NCBI GenBank assembly: GCA_963744145.1
Contig: CAVUSO010000001.1
Coordinates: 1,120,001-1,184,000, forward strand
DNA: 64,000 bases
Direction: 5' to 3'
Source: an uncultured cyanobacterium
Lineage (GTDB): Bacteria; Cyanobacteriota; Cyanobacteriia; Cyanobacteriales; CAWUOF01
Under the pieces are notes generated by a model. The model saw only the letters and a list, made by a program, of their open reading frames with translations. It did not search any database and had not been told where the DNA came from. Shown one piece after another: positions 1-9,600 of the stretch. Each line of letters begins with the position of its first letter. Within the stretch, counting starts at the first letter, position 1. The translations under genes were made by a program, and so were the position numbers.

Positions 1-301
1 ATAATCATCTGCCCCAGCTTTCAACCCGATGACAATATCCGATTCAGCATTACGAGCAGACAACATCAAAATTAGCGAGATTTGCTGGTGGTGCAGCCAT
101 CTACAAAACTCAACCCCATCGCCATCGGGTAAGTCTGAGTCCAGGATGATTAAGGTCGGCTGACGTTCGATGAAAAACATCCCTGGCGTGATAGATGTCT
201 GCGGATTGATAGACCCCATAGCCGACTTGCTGTAGATGCCAACCTAGCAGCGATCGCAGGTGGGGGTTAGCTTCGACAATTTGAATACAAACAGAACCCA
301 C
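1..301 (-). CDS. nrrA: OmpR-family nitrogen-responsive response regulator (NrrA), 5' part; +1 frameshift near 173-177; runs off the window
   Basis: Starts MGSVCIQIVEANPHLRSLLGWHLQQ. After removing one base it continues RQPTLIILDSDLPDGDGVEFCRWLHHQQISLILMLSARNAESDIVIGLKAGADDY, a typical NrrA receiver domain. An NtcA-type promoter lies upstream. Confidence 0.85.
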
Positions 302-334
302 GGGATGATACTTTCCTTTGCGTTCTTGGTTTCC

Positions 335-376
335 AGGTTAACAGAGGGTTTGTCATGGTTTTGTAACCATCGCTAC
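335..376 (-). promoter_or_regulatory. Class II NtcA-activated promoter of nrrA
   Basis: GTA-ACCATCGC-TAC at 363-376, then 22 nt, then TAACCT (340-335, minus strand). This matches GTA-N8-TAC-N22-TAN3T. Confidence 0.85.
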
Positions 377-853
377 CCAGCTCTCACCAAATTGAAAATT
401 GGCGGTGAAAATTGAGGAAGATTAGGTAAAATTTCCTCTTTTGCTCGCTAAAGTGGGTAGAAGCCTGTCGAAGTTAGGATTAGAATGAAATTAACAACTA
501 TCTGTAATTTGACTAAATGGTTAAACAAAAATGAAGTTAACAGGTGTCTGGTTTTAGGTTTGAGGTCTGAGCCAAAAAAGAAAACCATCCTGACAACTCC
601 CCACCGCAAAATTTCTGGCATAGCTGAGTTCGTAAAATTCTGACAGAGTTATGTATCTGGTAGTAAGGTTGATCCACAGCGTCTAGTTTTACTTGAAAAT
701 ATTTCGATCGCCAATCTAGTCAATTCCTCTAGTTAACTTGGGCATCCTAAATAGAGATCAGACTAATCACAAACATGATAATTTCCCAACTTTGGGTTCA
801 CCCTCTCTCAATCTCTCTTGCCTTTTTCATGCAAAACTCAAACGACAAAAACT

Positions 854-1102
854 ATGCTTCAGCACACCCAATCCATCCGCTACTACCAAAGAATTACCGA
901 CGCTTTCGTCGAGATGTGGAATCGAGGTTATCGTTTTGATGACTTACGCATCTATTTAGATGGTTATATAGCAGCTTTGCGTCATAGTAGCGCGATCGAA
1001 CCTTATCATATCCATCGTCTAGAAGAAGAGGCTACTCGCTACCTCAATGATATTTCCAATTTCCAAGTACCAGAGCCAGAGCCAGAGTCCGATTATCGTT
1101 AA
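854..1102 (+). CDS. Conserved cyanobacterial small protein (DUF6761-like)
   Basis: MLQHTQSIRYYQRITDAFVEMWNRGYRFDDLRIYLDGY; ATG at 854 within ORF 818-1102. Confidence 0.75.
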   Translation: MLQHTQSIRYYQRITDAFVEMWNRGYRFDDLRIYLDGYIAALRHSSAIEPYHIHRLEEEATRYLNDISNFQVPEPEPESDYR

Positions 1103-1180
1103 ACCAATATGATATTCTATAAACATTACACTACTTAATTCCGCATCTCGACTGGCTCCGGATGCAATTACTAATTAATC

Positions 1181-1235
1181 AAAAACGCAAAGATAGCACC
1201 AGAATCACCAAAATTTCTGTTTTCTTTGCGTTTTT
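1181..1235. terminator. Bidirectional intrinsic terminator
   Basis: AAAAACGCAAAGA...TCTTTGCGTTTTT inverted repeat between convergent genes. Confidence 0.6.
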
Positions 1236-1253
1236 AACCTTTAGACAATCTTT

Positions 1254-1583
1254 TTAAGAAGCTAGGGTAACAGTTAACATTTCCTGTAACTCACCTTTGT
1301 GGTAAAGTTCAGCCACAATATCTGAACCGCCAATAAACTCCCCATTAACATATACTTGGGGAATAGTTGGCCAATTAGAATATTCCTTAATCCCTTGACG
1401 GATCTCTGGATCACTAAGAACATCAAAAGTCTCGTAGGGAACTCCTAATATATTCAGAATCTGAATCACATTGTTGGAAAAGCCGCACTGGGGCATCAGC
1501 TTGTTTCCCTTCATAAAGACCATAACTTTATGCTTTTTAATCAAATCGGCAATGCGCTCTTTTACTGGTGTGTTTGTAGTCAT
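1254..1583 (-). CDS. grxD: Monothiol glutaredoxin, Grx4 family
   Basis: PQCGFS active site, WPTIPQVYV and GGSDI motifs; next to bolA. Confidence 0.95.
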   Translation of the reverse strand: MTTNTPVKERIADLIKKHKVMVFMKGNKLMPQCGFSNNVIQILNILGVPYETFDVLSDPEIRQGIKEYSNWPTIPQVYVNGEFIGGSDIVAELYHKGELQEMLTVTLAS

Positions 1584-1646
1584 GGTTTTAGAATAGATTA
1601 ACTTGTTGGTTGTGGTCAAAGCTGCAAAAACGCGATCGGTTACTAG

Positions 1647-1916
1647 CTAGCGAGGGGAAGTCACTTTACTAGCAGTTTCCCACTCGGTGGGAGTATAGGT
1701 ATTTAATGCTAAAGCATGAATGGCTTCTGTTGCCATTTCTACCTTGAGGGCACCATAAACCATCTGGTGCTGTTGTACTCGTCTTTTTCCTTCAAACTCG
1801 ACAGAAACCACAGTTGCTTGATAGTGGTCACCACCACCGGTCAAATCCTGAACATGAACTATCGCATCAGGCAATTGTGCCTTAATCATGGCTTCCACCC
1901 GATCTGGACTAATCAT
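1647..1916 (-). CDS. bolA: BolA family protein
   Basis: [12 protein letters not shown]...[14 protein letters not shown]...IHALAL; ATG at 1916. Confidence 0.93.
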   Translation of the reverse strand: MISPDRVEAMIKAQLPDAIVHVQDLTGGGDHYQATVVSVEFEGKRRVQQHQMVYGALKVEMATEAIHALALNTYTPTEWETASKVTSPR

Positions 1917-2012
1917 TGAACTCCCTTGGCACCGCAATGTTCCATGGACGATTCTAGCATAAATGCTTGGATTACTTTTGTTGGTCAAGCAGGATACAGG
2001 ATGACTAGGAGT

Positions 2013-2687
2013 TTATGGTGGGGAAGTTGGGGTAGTGGATGGTTGGGGAGTTGGGGTATTTGATGAAGGATTTGATTGACCATCAACGGAGCGGGGGTAA
2101 GGAGAATCAACAAATCCCAATTCAAATAGCTGCTGATAAGCTTTTTTGCCCAAATCCCGAGTCGGATTTTGGGAATCAATAATCTGAAGTAATAGTGGTA
2201 CAGCTAATTCTGGTTGATTTTGAGCTCGATGTACTAATGCTAGCTGGTAAGTAGTTTCATCCCGCATTTGAGCTGTTTCGAGAGCTTTCTGACGTAGTCC
2301 ATCAGAAATTCGGTTATCAATCCCAGTAAAGTTGCCCGCTAATTGTTGGTAAAATTTAGAAAGTTGATTGAAAACTTGACGAGCTTCCTGGAATTTTTTG
2401 GTAGCTAGTTCATAATTTTGAGCCGAAATAGCATCAGTAGCTTCATTAATTAGTCTTTTTCCGCCCGGTATACTCAGTAAACTACTGTCCTGAGAGAGAG
2501 GACGGAGTGTGGCTGGGTCGATTCGTTGTCCGTCCTGATGGGGTGTAATCAAATTAGGGGGACTATTTGGCGTTGTGGGACTCCCATTGTCAGCTTGAGC
2601 AGGTAGTAGCAGAGCAAAAACTGTTATAGCTGATAGGGAAAGAACACCCGTAAAATGGAAAAAACGAAAATTTGCAGAAGATAGCAT
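2013..2687 (-). CDS. Conserved exported helical/TPR-like protein
   Basis: Signal-peptide-like N-terminus (...LLLPAQA), helical core, Pro-rich tail; start uncertain. Confidence 0.7.
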   Translation of the reverse strand: MLSSANFRFFHFTGVLSLSAITVFALLLPAQADNGSPTTPNSPPNLITPHQDGQRIDPATLRPLSQDSSLLSIPGGKRLINEATDAISAQNYELATKKFQEARQVFNQLSKFYQQLAGNFTGIDNRISDGLRQKALETAQMRDETTYQLALVHRAQNQPELAVPLLLQIIDSQNPTRDLGKKAYQQLFELGFVDSPYPRSVDGQSNPSSNTPTPQPSTTPTSPP

Positions 2688-2785
2688 GGATTGATTTTGT
2701 GGGTTTGCACCAAACAGGACGGAGTTCAACTGCGGGTATCTTAGCACTTGTTTAAATTTATTACTAATGGCCATTAAAATTGCTG

Positions 2786-4948
2786 ATGAATAATCAATCA
2801 TCCTTAAGAAATACGTTATCTAATTCTGCTGACAATAATTTTCCAGAGGTAGGAGTATTAGCCGAAAATATTGGTCTGATTCTCCAGCGCGGTGGTGAAG
2901 AGTTAGTTTTGTTGAAGATGAATGATCGTTTGAGTGTTTGTCCGGCGATCGCCCTGACCAGACCAGATCCCCGGAAAGTTCCCTGGGTTAAACAAGTTGC
3001 AGTTACCTACTGTCGCACCTTAACTCCAGCTAACCTAGATGAATATACTGTTGCTCCCGATCTACTCGCATCAGCAATGCAGATCGCTCGTGCTAGTATT
3101 GATGTCAATGCAGTTAGTCATGTTTATCAGATCAAAAATAATCCAGGTACTTTGATTTATCTTAGTAATCAAATTACGGTTCAATTTGGTCAAGATTTAG
3201 ATAGTGCAGCAATTGACGCGATCGCCACAGAAACCCAAATAATTAAAGTTAAGCCTATTCCTAATATCCCCAACACCTTTGTCTTTACTCTGAGTTCTCA
3301 ATCCAGAGAAAACCCAGTCAAAATTACTAACCGACTGATCAAACTTCCGGAAGTGCTAACCGCAGAACCTAATATTGTGATCGATACCCAATCCTATTAT
3401 TGTCCTCGCGCTCCTCTTTATCCCAAACAGTGGTATCTCTATAATAATGGTGGTAATGATCTGGCTGATGGTTCTCATATTGCGGCTGAATCAGCATGGG
3501 ATATTACCCGTGGAGTACGTTCGATTGTAATTGCGATCGCTGATCATTCTGTTGATCTCAAGCACCCAGATTTTCAAGGATTAGGCAAAATTGTCGCTCC
3601 CCTAAATTTAACAGCACCAGACTTTTTATCAATTCCACCAAATAGTGAAGATCACCATGGGACTTCTTGTGCTGGGGTCGCGATCGCCGAAGAAAATGGG
3701 ATGGGAGTGGTGGGCGTGGCCCCAGGTTGTGCCCTAATGCCCATCCAAACTACAGGTTTTTTAGATGATGAATCAATTGAGCAAATCTTTAATTGGGCGA
3801 TCGAGCAAGGAGCCTCAGTCATCTCCTGTAGCTGGGGACCAAGTGCAATTTATTTTCCCCTATCTTTACGACAAAGTGCTGCAATTACCCGTGCTGCTAC
3901 AGCAGGACGTAATGGTAAAGGTTGTGTAATTGTTTTTGCTGCTGGTAATGCTAATCGTCCGATTAATGACATCGTGAATGAACAGGGCTGGCCCAAAGAT
4001 GGGATCAGCGGACCAACCAAATGGTTAGGAGGTTTTACAACTCATCCTGATGTGATTACAGTTTCTGCTAGTACCAGTCAAAATAAAAAAGCTGCTTATA
4101 GTAATTGGGGGAATGGAATTTCCGTTTGTGCCCCTAGTAATAATGCACCACCAGGAATATGGTTACAACAAACAGGGTATGTGATGACAGCACCCGAACT
4201 GCAAACACCAATTAATGGTGAAGGAGTATTTACAACTGATCGACTTGGCGCTGCGGGATATAATCCAAGTGACTTCACCAGCGATTTTGGTGGTACTTCT
4301 AGTGCTACTCCGATTGTAGCTGGGGTAGCTGGTTTGATTTTATCAGTTAATCCGGATTTAACTGCGGCAGAAGTTAAGCAAATTTTACAACAGAGTGCAG
4401 ATAAAATTATTGATAATAATATCGATCCTCAGCTCGGTTTCCAAATGGGGAATTATAATGCTAATGGTTATTCCCAATGGTTTGGCTATGGTAAAGTAAA
4501 TGCTTTTAAAGCCTTACAATTAGCACAAAGACGACTACCTACTCCTGTAGCAATTACCCGACAAATTCAAGGAAAAAATAATCAGGCTCAAGCAATACCT
4601 GATTGTGAACCGCAAACAACCCGCGATCGCCCAGGATTAATTAGCAGTATTAACCTGAACGATGCTGGTTTAGTAAGAGATATTCAAGTTACTGTCAAGA
4701 TCGAACATAGTTTTTTAGGAGATTTGGAAATAAATTTAATTGCCCCTGATCAGCAAATTGTCCTGTTACAAAGTCGCACACTGGGACGGACTACTCAACT
4801 CGAAGCAACCTATTCACTTCAAACCAATCCTGCTTTGAGACAGTTTCTGAACTTACCCGTTCAAGGAACTTGGCAATTGTGGATAATCGATCAAGCAGTT
4901 GGAGATACAGGAATACTAAAAAACTGGCAATTAACATTAGGAATTTAA
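2786..4948 (+). CDS. S8 subtilisin-like serine protease with C-terminal proprotein-convertase P domain
   Basis: Triad motifs IAIAD, HGTSCAG, GGTSSATP; P-domain VKIEHSFLGDLEINLIAP...GTWQLWIID. Confidence 0.92.
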   Translation: MNNQSSLRNTLSNSADNNFPEVGVLAENIGLILQRGGEELVLLKMNDRLSVCPAIALTRPDPRKVPWVKQVAVTYCRTLTPANLDEYTVAPDLLASAMQIARASIDVNAVSHVYQIKNNPGTLIYLSNQITVQFGQDLDSAAIDAIATETQIIKVKPIPNIPNTFVFTLSSQSRENPVKITNRLIKLPEVLTAEPNIVIDTQSYYCPRAPLYPKQWYLYNNGGNDLADGSHIAAESAWDITRGVRSIVIAIADHSVDLKHPDFQGLGKIVAPLNLTAPDFLSIPPNSEDHHGTSCAGVAIAEENGMGVVGVAPGCALMPIQTTGFLDDESIEQIFNWAIEQGASVISCSWGPSAIYFPLSLRQSAAITRAATAGRNGKGCVIVFAAGNANRPINDIVNEQGWPKDGISGPTKWLGGFTTHPDVITVSASTSQNKKAAYSNWGNGISVCAPSNNAPPGIWLQQTGYVMTAPELQTPINGEGVFTTDRLGAAGYNPSDFTSDFGGTSSATPIVAGVAGLILSVNPDLTAAEVKQILQQSADKIIDNNIDPQLGFQMGNYNANGYSQWFGYGKVNAFKALQLAQRRLPTPVAITRQIQGKNNQAQAIPDCEPQTTRDRPGLISSINLNDAGLVRDIQVTVKIEHSFLGDLEINLIAPDQQIVLLQSRTLGRTTQLEATYSLQTNPALRQFLNLPVQGTWQLWIIDQAVGDTGILKNWQLTLGI

Positions 4949-4959
4949 TCTTAGGTATG

Positions 4960-4991
4960 TAGTTGCGATCAGAGCGCTCTGATCGCAACTA
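4960..4991. repeat. Perfect 32-bp palindrome, probable terminator or small element
   Basis: TAGTTGCGATCAGAGC|GCTCTGATCGCAACTA, 11 bp after the protease stop. Confidence 0.8.
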
Positions 4992-5226
4992 AAAATATCC
5001 AACTGCGATCGCAATTCCTAAACCCCATTAGTGCATTAATTAAAGAATGGCTGGATAGTGAGCGATCGGAAACTTGCTATTTACATCAGAAATATTTTAA
5101 TTTTTATTACTCGCGATCGCCATGAAAAATAAGCAATCTCGTCTACCAGATGATGAACCTTTTATTGTTTAGCTTTGATCTGTTAAACTTGAGAGTAAAT
5201 TGGTATCAGCTTAATCTTTTTTACCT

Positions 5227-6066
5227 ATGCCATACAGTCTGGTTCTGAACTTAATAACCAAATCTCCTATTCCCCTCCAATTTCTTAGTGGTAGACACCT
5301 CTATGCACTCTTTCTCACATTAGTTAGTGCGGTTGATCAAGAATTAGGCGATCGCCTCCATGATCAAACTACTGAAAAAGCTTTCACATTGAGTCCATTA
5401 CAAACGATCGAAAAAAATTATTTCTATGGCAATTCTTCCTTAGAATGGCAATATCTCAATGCGATTCAACCTGGAACTAGGTGTTGGTGGCGTATTTCTC
5501 TCCTTGATGACTCTTTATTTGGTCGTTTATCTCAATTGTGGCTGAATCTTAAACCAGATCAACCCTGGCATTTAGGACCTGCTGATTTATATATTACTAG
5601 CATTCTTGGTACACCTCAATCTACTCAACCCTGGGCAAATTTTTGTAACTATTCCACTCTCTATGAAGAAGCTTCTGATACTGAATGTCAAATCGCTTTT
5701 AGTTTTTGTACCCCTACTAATTTTCGTCAAGGCAATTATGATACCTCCCTACCCACGCGAGAATGTGTATTTAATAGTCTCTTGAATCGCTGGAATAAAT
5801 ATAGTGGAATTGAATTCTCAAATGATTTTTTAGAAGTGATATTCCCTAGTTTTTTCAATATTCGGACTGAAATAGTCATTGATTCTCGGAGTAAATTTAT
5901 TGGCTTTATTGGTGATATTAATTATCGTATTTTGAAAGATGTTGATCCTTTGATAATTAAACAAGTCAATACTTTAGCAGATTTTGCTTTATATGCTGGA
6001 GTTGGCAGAAAAACACCAATGGGTATGGGGATGGTACGTCGATTACATTTACACAAAAAAAACTGA
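5227..6066 (+). CDS. cas6: CRISPR-associated endoribonuclease Cas6 (type I-D-like)
   Basis: MPYSLVLNL, KAFTLSPLQ, WWRISLLDD, TPTNFRQG and C-terminal Gly-loop GVGRKTPMGMG. Confidence 0.93.
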   Translation: MPYSLVLNLITKSPIPLQFLSGRHLYALFLTLVSAVDQELGDRLHDQTTEKAFTLSPLQTIEKNYFYGNSSLEWQYLNAIQPGTRCWWRISLLDDSLFGRLSQLWLNLKPDQPWHLGPADLYITSILGTPQSTQPWANFCNYSTLYEEASDTECQIAFSFCTPTNFRQGNYDTSLPTRECVFNSLLNRWNKYSGIEFSNDFLEVIFPSFFNIRTEIVIDSRSKFIGFIGDINYRILKDVDPLIIKQVNTLADFALYAGVGRKTPMGMGMVRRLHLHKKN

Positions 6067-6074
6067 GGAATTCT

Positions 6075-6341
6075 ATGAATGACAATGATTATATTCCCAT
6101 TGCAGCTTTAAACCAATATTCTTACTGTTCCCATCGATTTTGGCGAATGCGACAATTAGTTGAGATTTCATCCCAGTTACATCAGCAAGCAATTTCGATC
6201 ATTAAAATTATTGAGAATTTACTTTTAACTGGGGTAATTCCCAAACCAGTTTATCGTCAGCGTTGTTCTGGTTGTAGTCTCTATTCTCAATGTTTACCCC
6301 AAGCTACTGCTAAAGTCGCCAAGTATCACGAAGTTAGTTAA
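6075..6341 (+). pseudogene. cas4: Cas4 with large in-frame internal deletion (88 aa)
   Basis: N-terminal IPIAALNQYSYCSHRFWRM joined directly to C-terminal RQLVEIS...CSGCSLYSQCLP; RecB-type nuclease core absent. Confidence 0.88.
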
Positions 6342-6361
6342 TTTAATCAGGAGGATTAATT

Positions 6362-6415
6362 ATGGGAACTGTTTATATTACCCTCTTAACTGAATGGATT
6401 TTAAGCTCTAGTTGA
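6362..6415 (+). pseudogene. cas1: Stub of type I-D cas1 (about 7 homologous codons)
   Basis: AGGAGG RBS then MGTVYIT, the start recalled for cyanobacterial I-D Cas1, in the expected position after cas4; stop after 17 codons. Confidence 0.6.
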
Positions 6416-6432
6416 TCTGTTGGCTACATAGA

Positions 6433-6511
6433 TGTGAGGGCAAAGCATTTCGGTCATAATTTTCTGCGTTGAACCGATCGCGGATCTGCCGAAATGCTCT
6501 CTGCCCCTACA
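6433..6511. repeat. Degenerate REP-pair (REPIN-like) hairpin
   Basis: GAGGGCAAAGCATTTCGG ... CCGAAATGCTCTCTGCCCCTAC inverted arms; related arms at 27273-27343. Confidence 0.65.
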
Positions 6512-6524
6512 AATCCGGACAAAA

Positions 6525-6547
6525 CTTGCCCTGAGCCTGTCGAAGGG
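6525..6547. repeat. SDR-like small dispersed repeat (23-nt variant)
   Basis: CTTGCCCTGAGCCTGTCGAAGGG; compare CTTGCCCTGAGCGAAGTCGAAGGG at 19169-19192. Confidence 0.8.
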
Positions 6548-6615
6548 TTCTGTTGATTTTCTTTTCTATTTGCGATCGCGCAATCTTCTGTAATGCTAAT
6601 TGATGAAATTGGTAT

Positions 6616-6650
6616 AAATAACCTGATTTATTGACAAAATCAGGCTATTT
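6616..6650 (-). terminator. Probable terminator of the glutamate synthase gene
   Basis: AAATAACCTGATT...AATCAGGCTATTT hairpin just past the stop. Confidence 0.5.
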
Positions 6651-6653
6651 ATT

Positions 6654-9600
6654 TTAAGCACCAACAGCGATTTTTTCGGCAATACTTACATTGGGATTTA
6701 CTTCAGGAGTATCTACCTCAGAAGGAGGTACTACTTGATAAAACTTGGGTAAATATTCGCTCCAATTAGCTAAAATTGTTTGAGCTTTTTGACTACCAGT
6801 ACGTTCAACATGAGCGGAAATTAACTCTTGTAATTGTTTTTGTCCTACAGGAGCAATCACCCGCTGAATTTTCACAATTTCCTGGTTAACATGAGCAGCA
6901 AAATTACCATCTTCATCCAGAAAATAAGCTAAACCACCAGTCATTCCTGCACCAACATTCCGTCCGACTTTACCTAAGACTACGATCGTCCCACCAGTCA
7001 TATATTCACAACAGTGATCTCCTGCACCTTCAATGACAGCTACACTATTGGAATTACGAACTGCAAATCGTTCTCCTGCTTGACCATTCACAAATAGACT
7101 ACCACCTGTCGCTCCATACAGACAAGTATTACCAACAATGACATTGCGAGCAGGATCAAAAGTAGCATCACCAGAAGCTTTAATAATAATTTCTCCACCG
7201 TGCATTCCTTTACCCACATAATCATTAGCTTCACCCACTAAGATTAAAGTCATTCCTGGTAAATTAAAAGCACCAAAGCTTTGTCCCGCACTACCAGTAA
7301 AATTGAGGGTAATTTGTCCGGTAAAACCACTATTACCATATTCTTTAGCGATCGCACCGGCTAAACGAGCTCCCACTGTCCGATCGGTATTGATTACAGT
7401 CATCGACTTAGTGACCGTTGATTGCTGATGAATTGCGGTGGTAATTTCTGGATCTTGGAGTAATTGATCATCTAAAACTGGACCATTACTATGAACTGAC
7501 TCATGTTGTAACCAAGACCGATCAACCGAAGTATCAGGTAACTTAGTAATTGCATCCAGATTTAAGGTCTGACTCTTAGTTAACTGCACATTATTTCGGA
7601 CTGTCAATAAATCAGCCCGACCAATAATTTCAGACAGGGAACGATAACCTAAATGAGCTAAAATTGAACGTATTTCTTCAGCGACAAAATAGAAGAAGTT
7701 CACGACATGAGCAGGTGTACCGGGGAAACGTTTCCGGAGATGTTCTTGCTGAGAAGCTACTCCTACTGGACAGTTATTAGTATGACAAATTCGAGCCATG
7801 ATGCAACCTTCTGCAATCATTGCGATCGAACCAAAACCATATTCTTCTCCACCCATGAGGGCTCCCATCACCACATCCCAACCAGTTTTAAATCCACCAT
7901 CAACCCGTAATAACACGCGATCGCGCAAGTTATTTTCCATTAAAACTCGATGAACTTCTGTTAATCCTAATTCCCAAGGAGAACCAGCGTGTTTAATGGA
8001 AGATAGGGGAGAAGCACCAGTACCACCATCATGTCCAGAAATTTGGATAATATCAGCATTAGCTTTTGCGACTCCTGCTGCAATTGTCCCAATTCCAACT
8101 TCTGCTACTAATTTTACTGATACTCCAGCATTCGGATTAATTTGGTGTAAATCAAAGATTAACTGAGCTAAATCTTCGATCGAATAAATATCGTGATGGG
8201 GAGGTGGAGAAATTAAAGTTACTCCTGGTTTAGAACGACGTAACATGGCAATATAAGGACTTACCTTTGTTCCTGGTAACTGTCCTCCTTCTCCTGGTTT
8301 AGCACCTTGAGCCATTTTGATTTCTACTTGTCCAGCATTGATCAAATATTCTGGGGTAACACCAAAACGACCCGAAGCTACCTGTTTAATGACTGAGCTA
8401 GCTGTATCTCCATTTTGCAATCCTTTCAGATGGGGGAATTGGGGAGAATTTCCCGACTCATCCACATCATCGAGCACACCATAACGAATTGGATCTTCTC
8501 CTCCTTCTCCTGAATTAGATTTACCACCAATCCGGTTCATCGCGATCGCTAAATTTTCGTGAGCTTCTCGTGACAAAGCACCGAGCGACATTCCTCCCGT
8601 ACAAAAACGTTTCATTATTTCTGCAACTGGTTCTACTGATGAGATCGGAATAGAGGTGCGATCGCTAGCAAAATCTAGCAAGTCACGTAAAGCAGTAACC
8701 GGACGCTCCATCAAATATTTTTGGTAGAGATGATAATAGTCAAACCCATTTTTTTCATCTCCTTCCCCAACTTCATCACCATTATTATCTTTAACCGATT
8801 CTATCTTCAAAATAGCAACAGCTTTATGAAGTGCTTTAGCCATTTCTGGACTATTCATGTGGTATTCACCACCAGGACGATACTGGACAAAACCAAAGTT
8901 TTCCAGTTTTTTATTGGTAAGTTCTGGATAAGCACGACTATGGAAAGACATCACTTCCTGAGCTAATTCATGCACCGTAATTCCCCCAATTCGGGAAGCA
9001 GTTCCATAAAATCCTAGTGCTAATAAATCTGCTCCAATTCCGATCGCTTCAAAAATCTGCGCTCCTTGATAACTAGACAACAAAGAAATTCCCATTTTCG
9101 AGAGAATCTTTAGCAATCCATCTTCGATCGCTTTGCGATATTTAGCTTGAACAACAGTCATAGTCATGGTGGGGATTTTCCCACGTTGCATATTCATTTG
9201 GGTTTTAGAATTCTTCCACCAATGACGAACAATTTCCCAAGCTAAATAAGGACAGACTGCACTAGCACCATAACCGATCAAACAGGCAAAATGGTGAGTA
9301 TTCCAACATTGGGCTGTATCGACAACCAGAGAAGCTTTCATCCGCAATCCTTCTCGGATCAGATGGTGGTGAACTGCACCTACTGCTAAGAGAGGAGGAA
9401 TATAAGTATATTCAGAATCAATACTTTTTCCCTCCGCGCGATCGCTTAAAATGATGATCGTTTTCCCAGCTTTGACTGCGTCATCAACTGCTTGACATAA
9501 TTCAATTACTGCTGATTCTAAACCATCCGGTCCACTCCCAATAGCGACCAGAGTGGATAAGGTTGCACTATTCTGGTGATCACTCTGAGTAATAGTTGCG

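Noticed and set aside
455..475. AGCCTGTCGAAG, partial match to the SDR family
   Set aside because: Only 12 nt and lacking the flanking stem.
738..959. 73-aa ORF
   Set aside because: Out-of-frame overlap with the conserved gene at 854-1102.
5008..5040. ATCGCAATTCCTAAACCCCATTAGTGCATTAAT upstream of cas6 loosely resembles cyanobacterial I-D CRISPR repeats
   Set aside because: Single copy, no GAAAC end, no stem, no repeat-spacer periodicity. No CRISPR array is supportable anywhere in the window.
5122..5172. Short ORF MKNKQSRLPDDEPFIV upstream of cas6 as a relic of deleted cas genes
   Set aside because: Too short to assign without a search.
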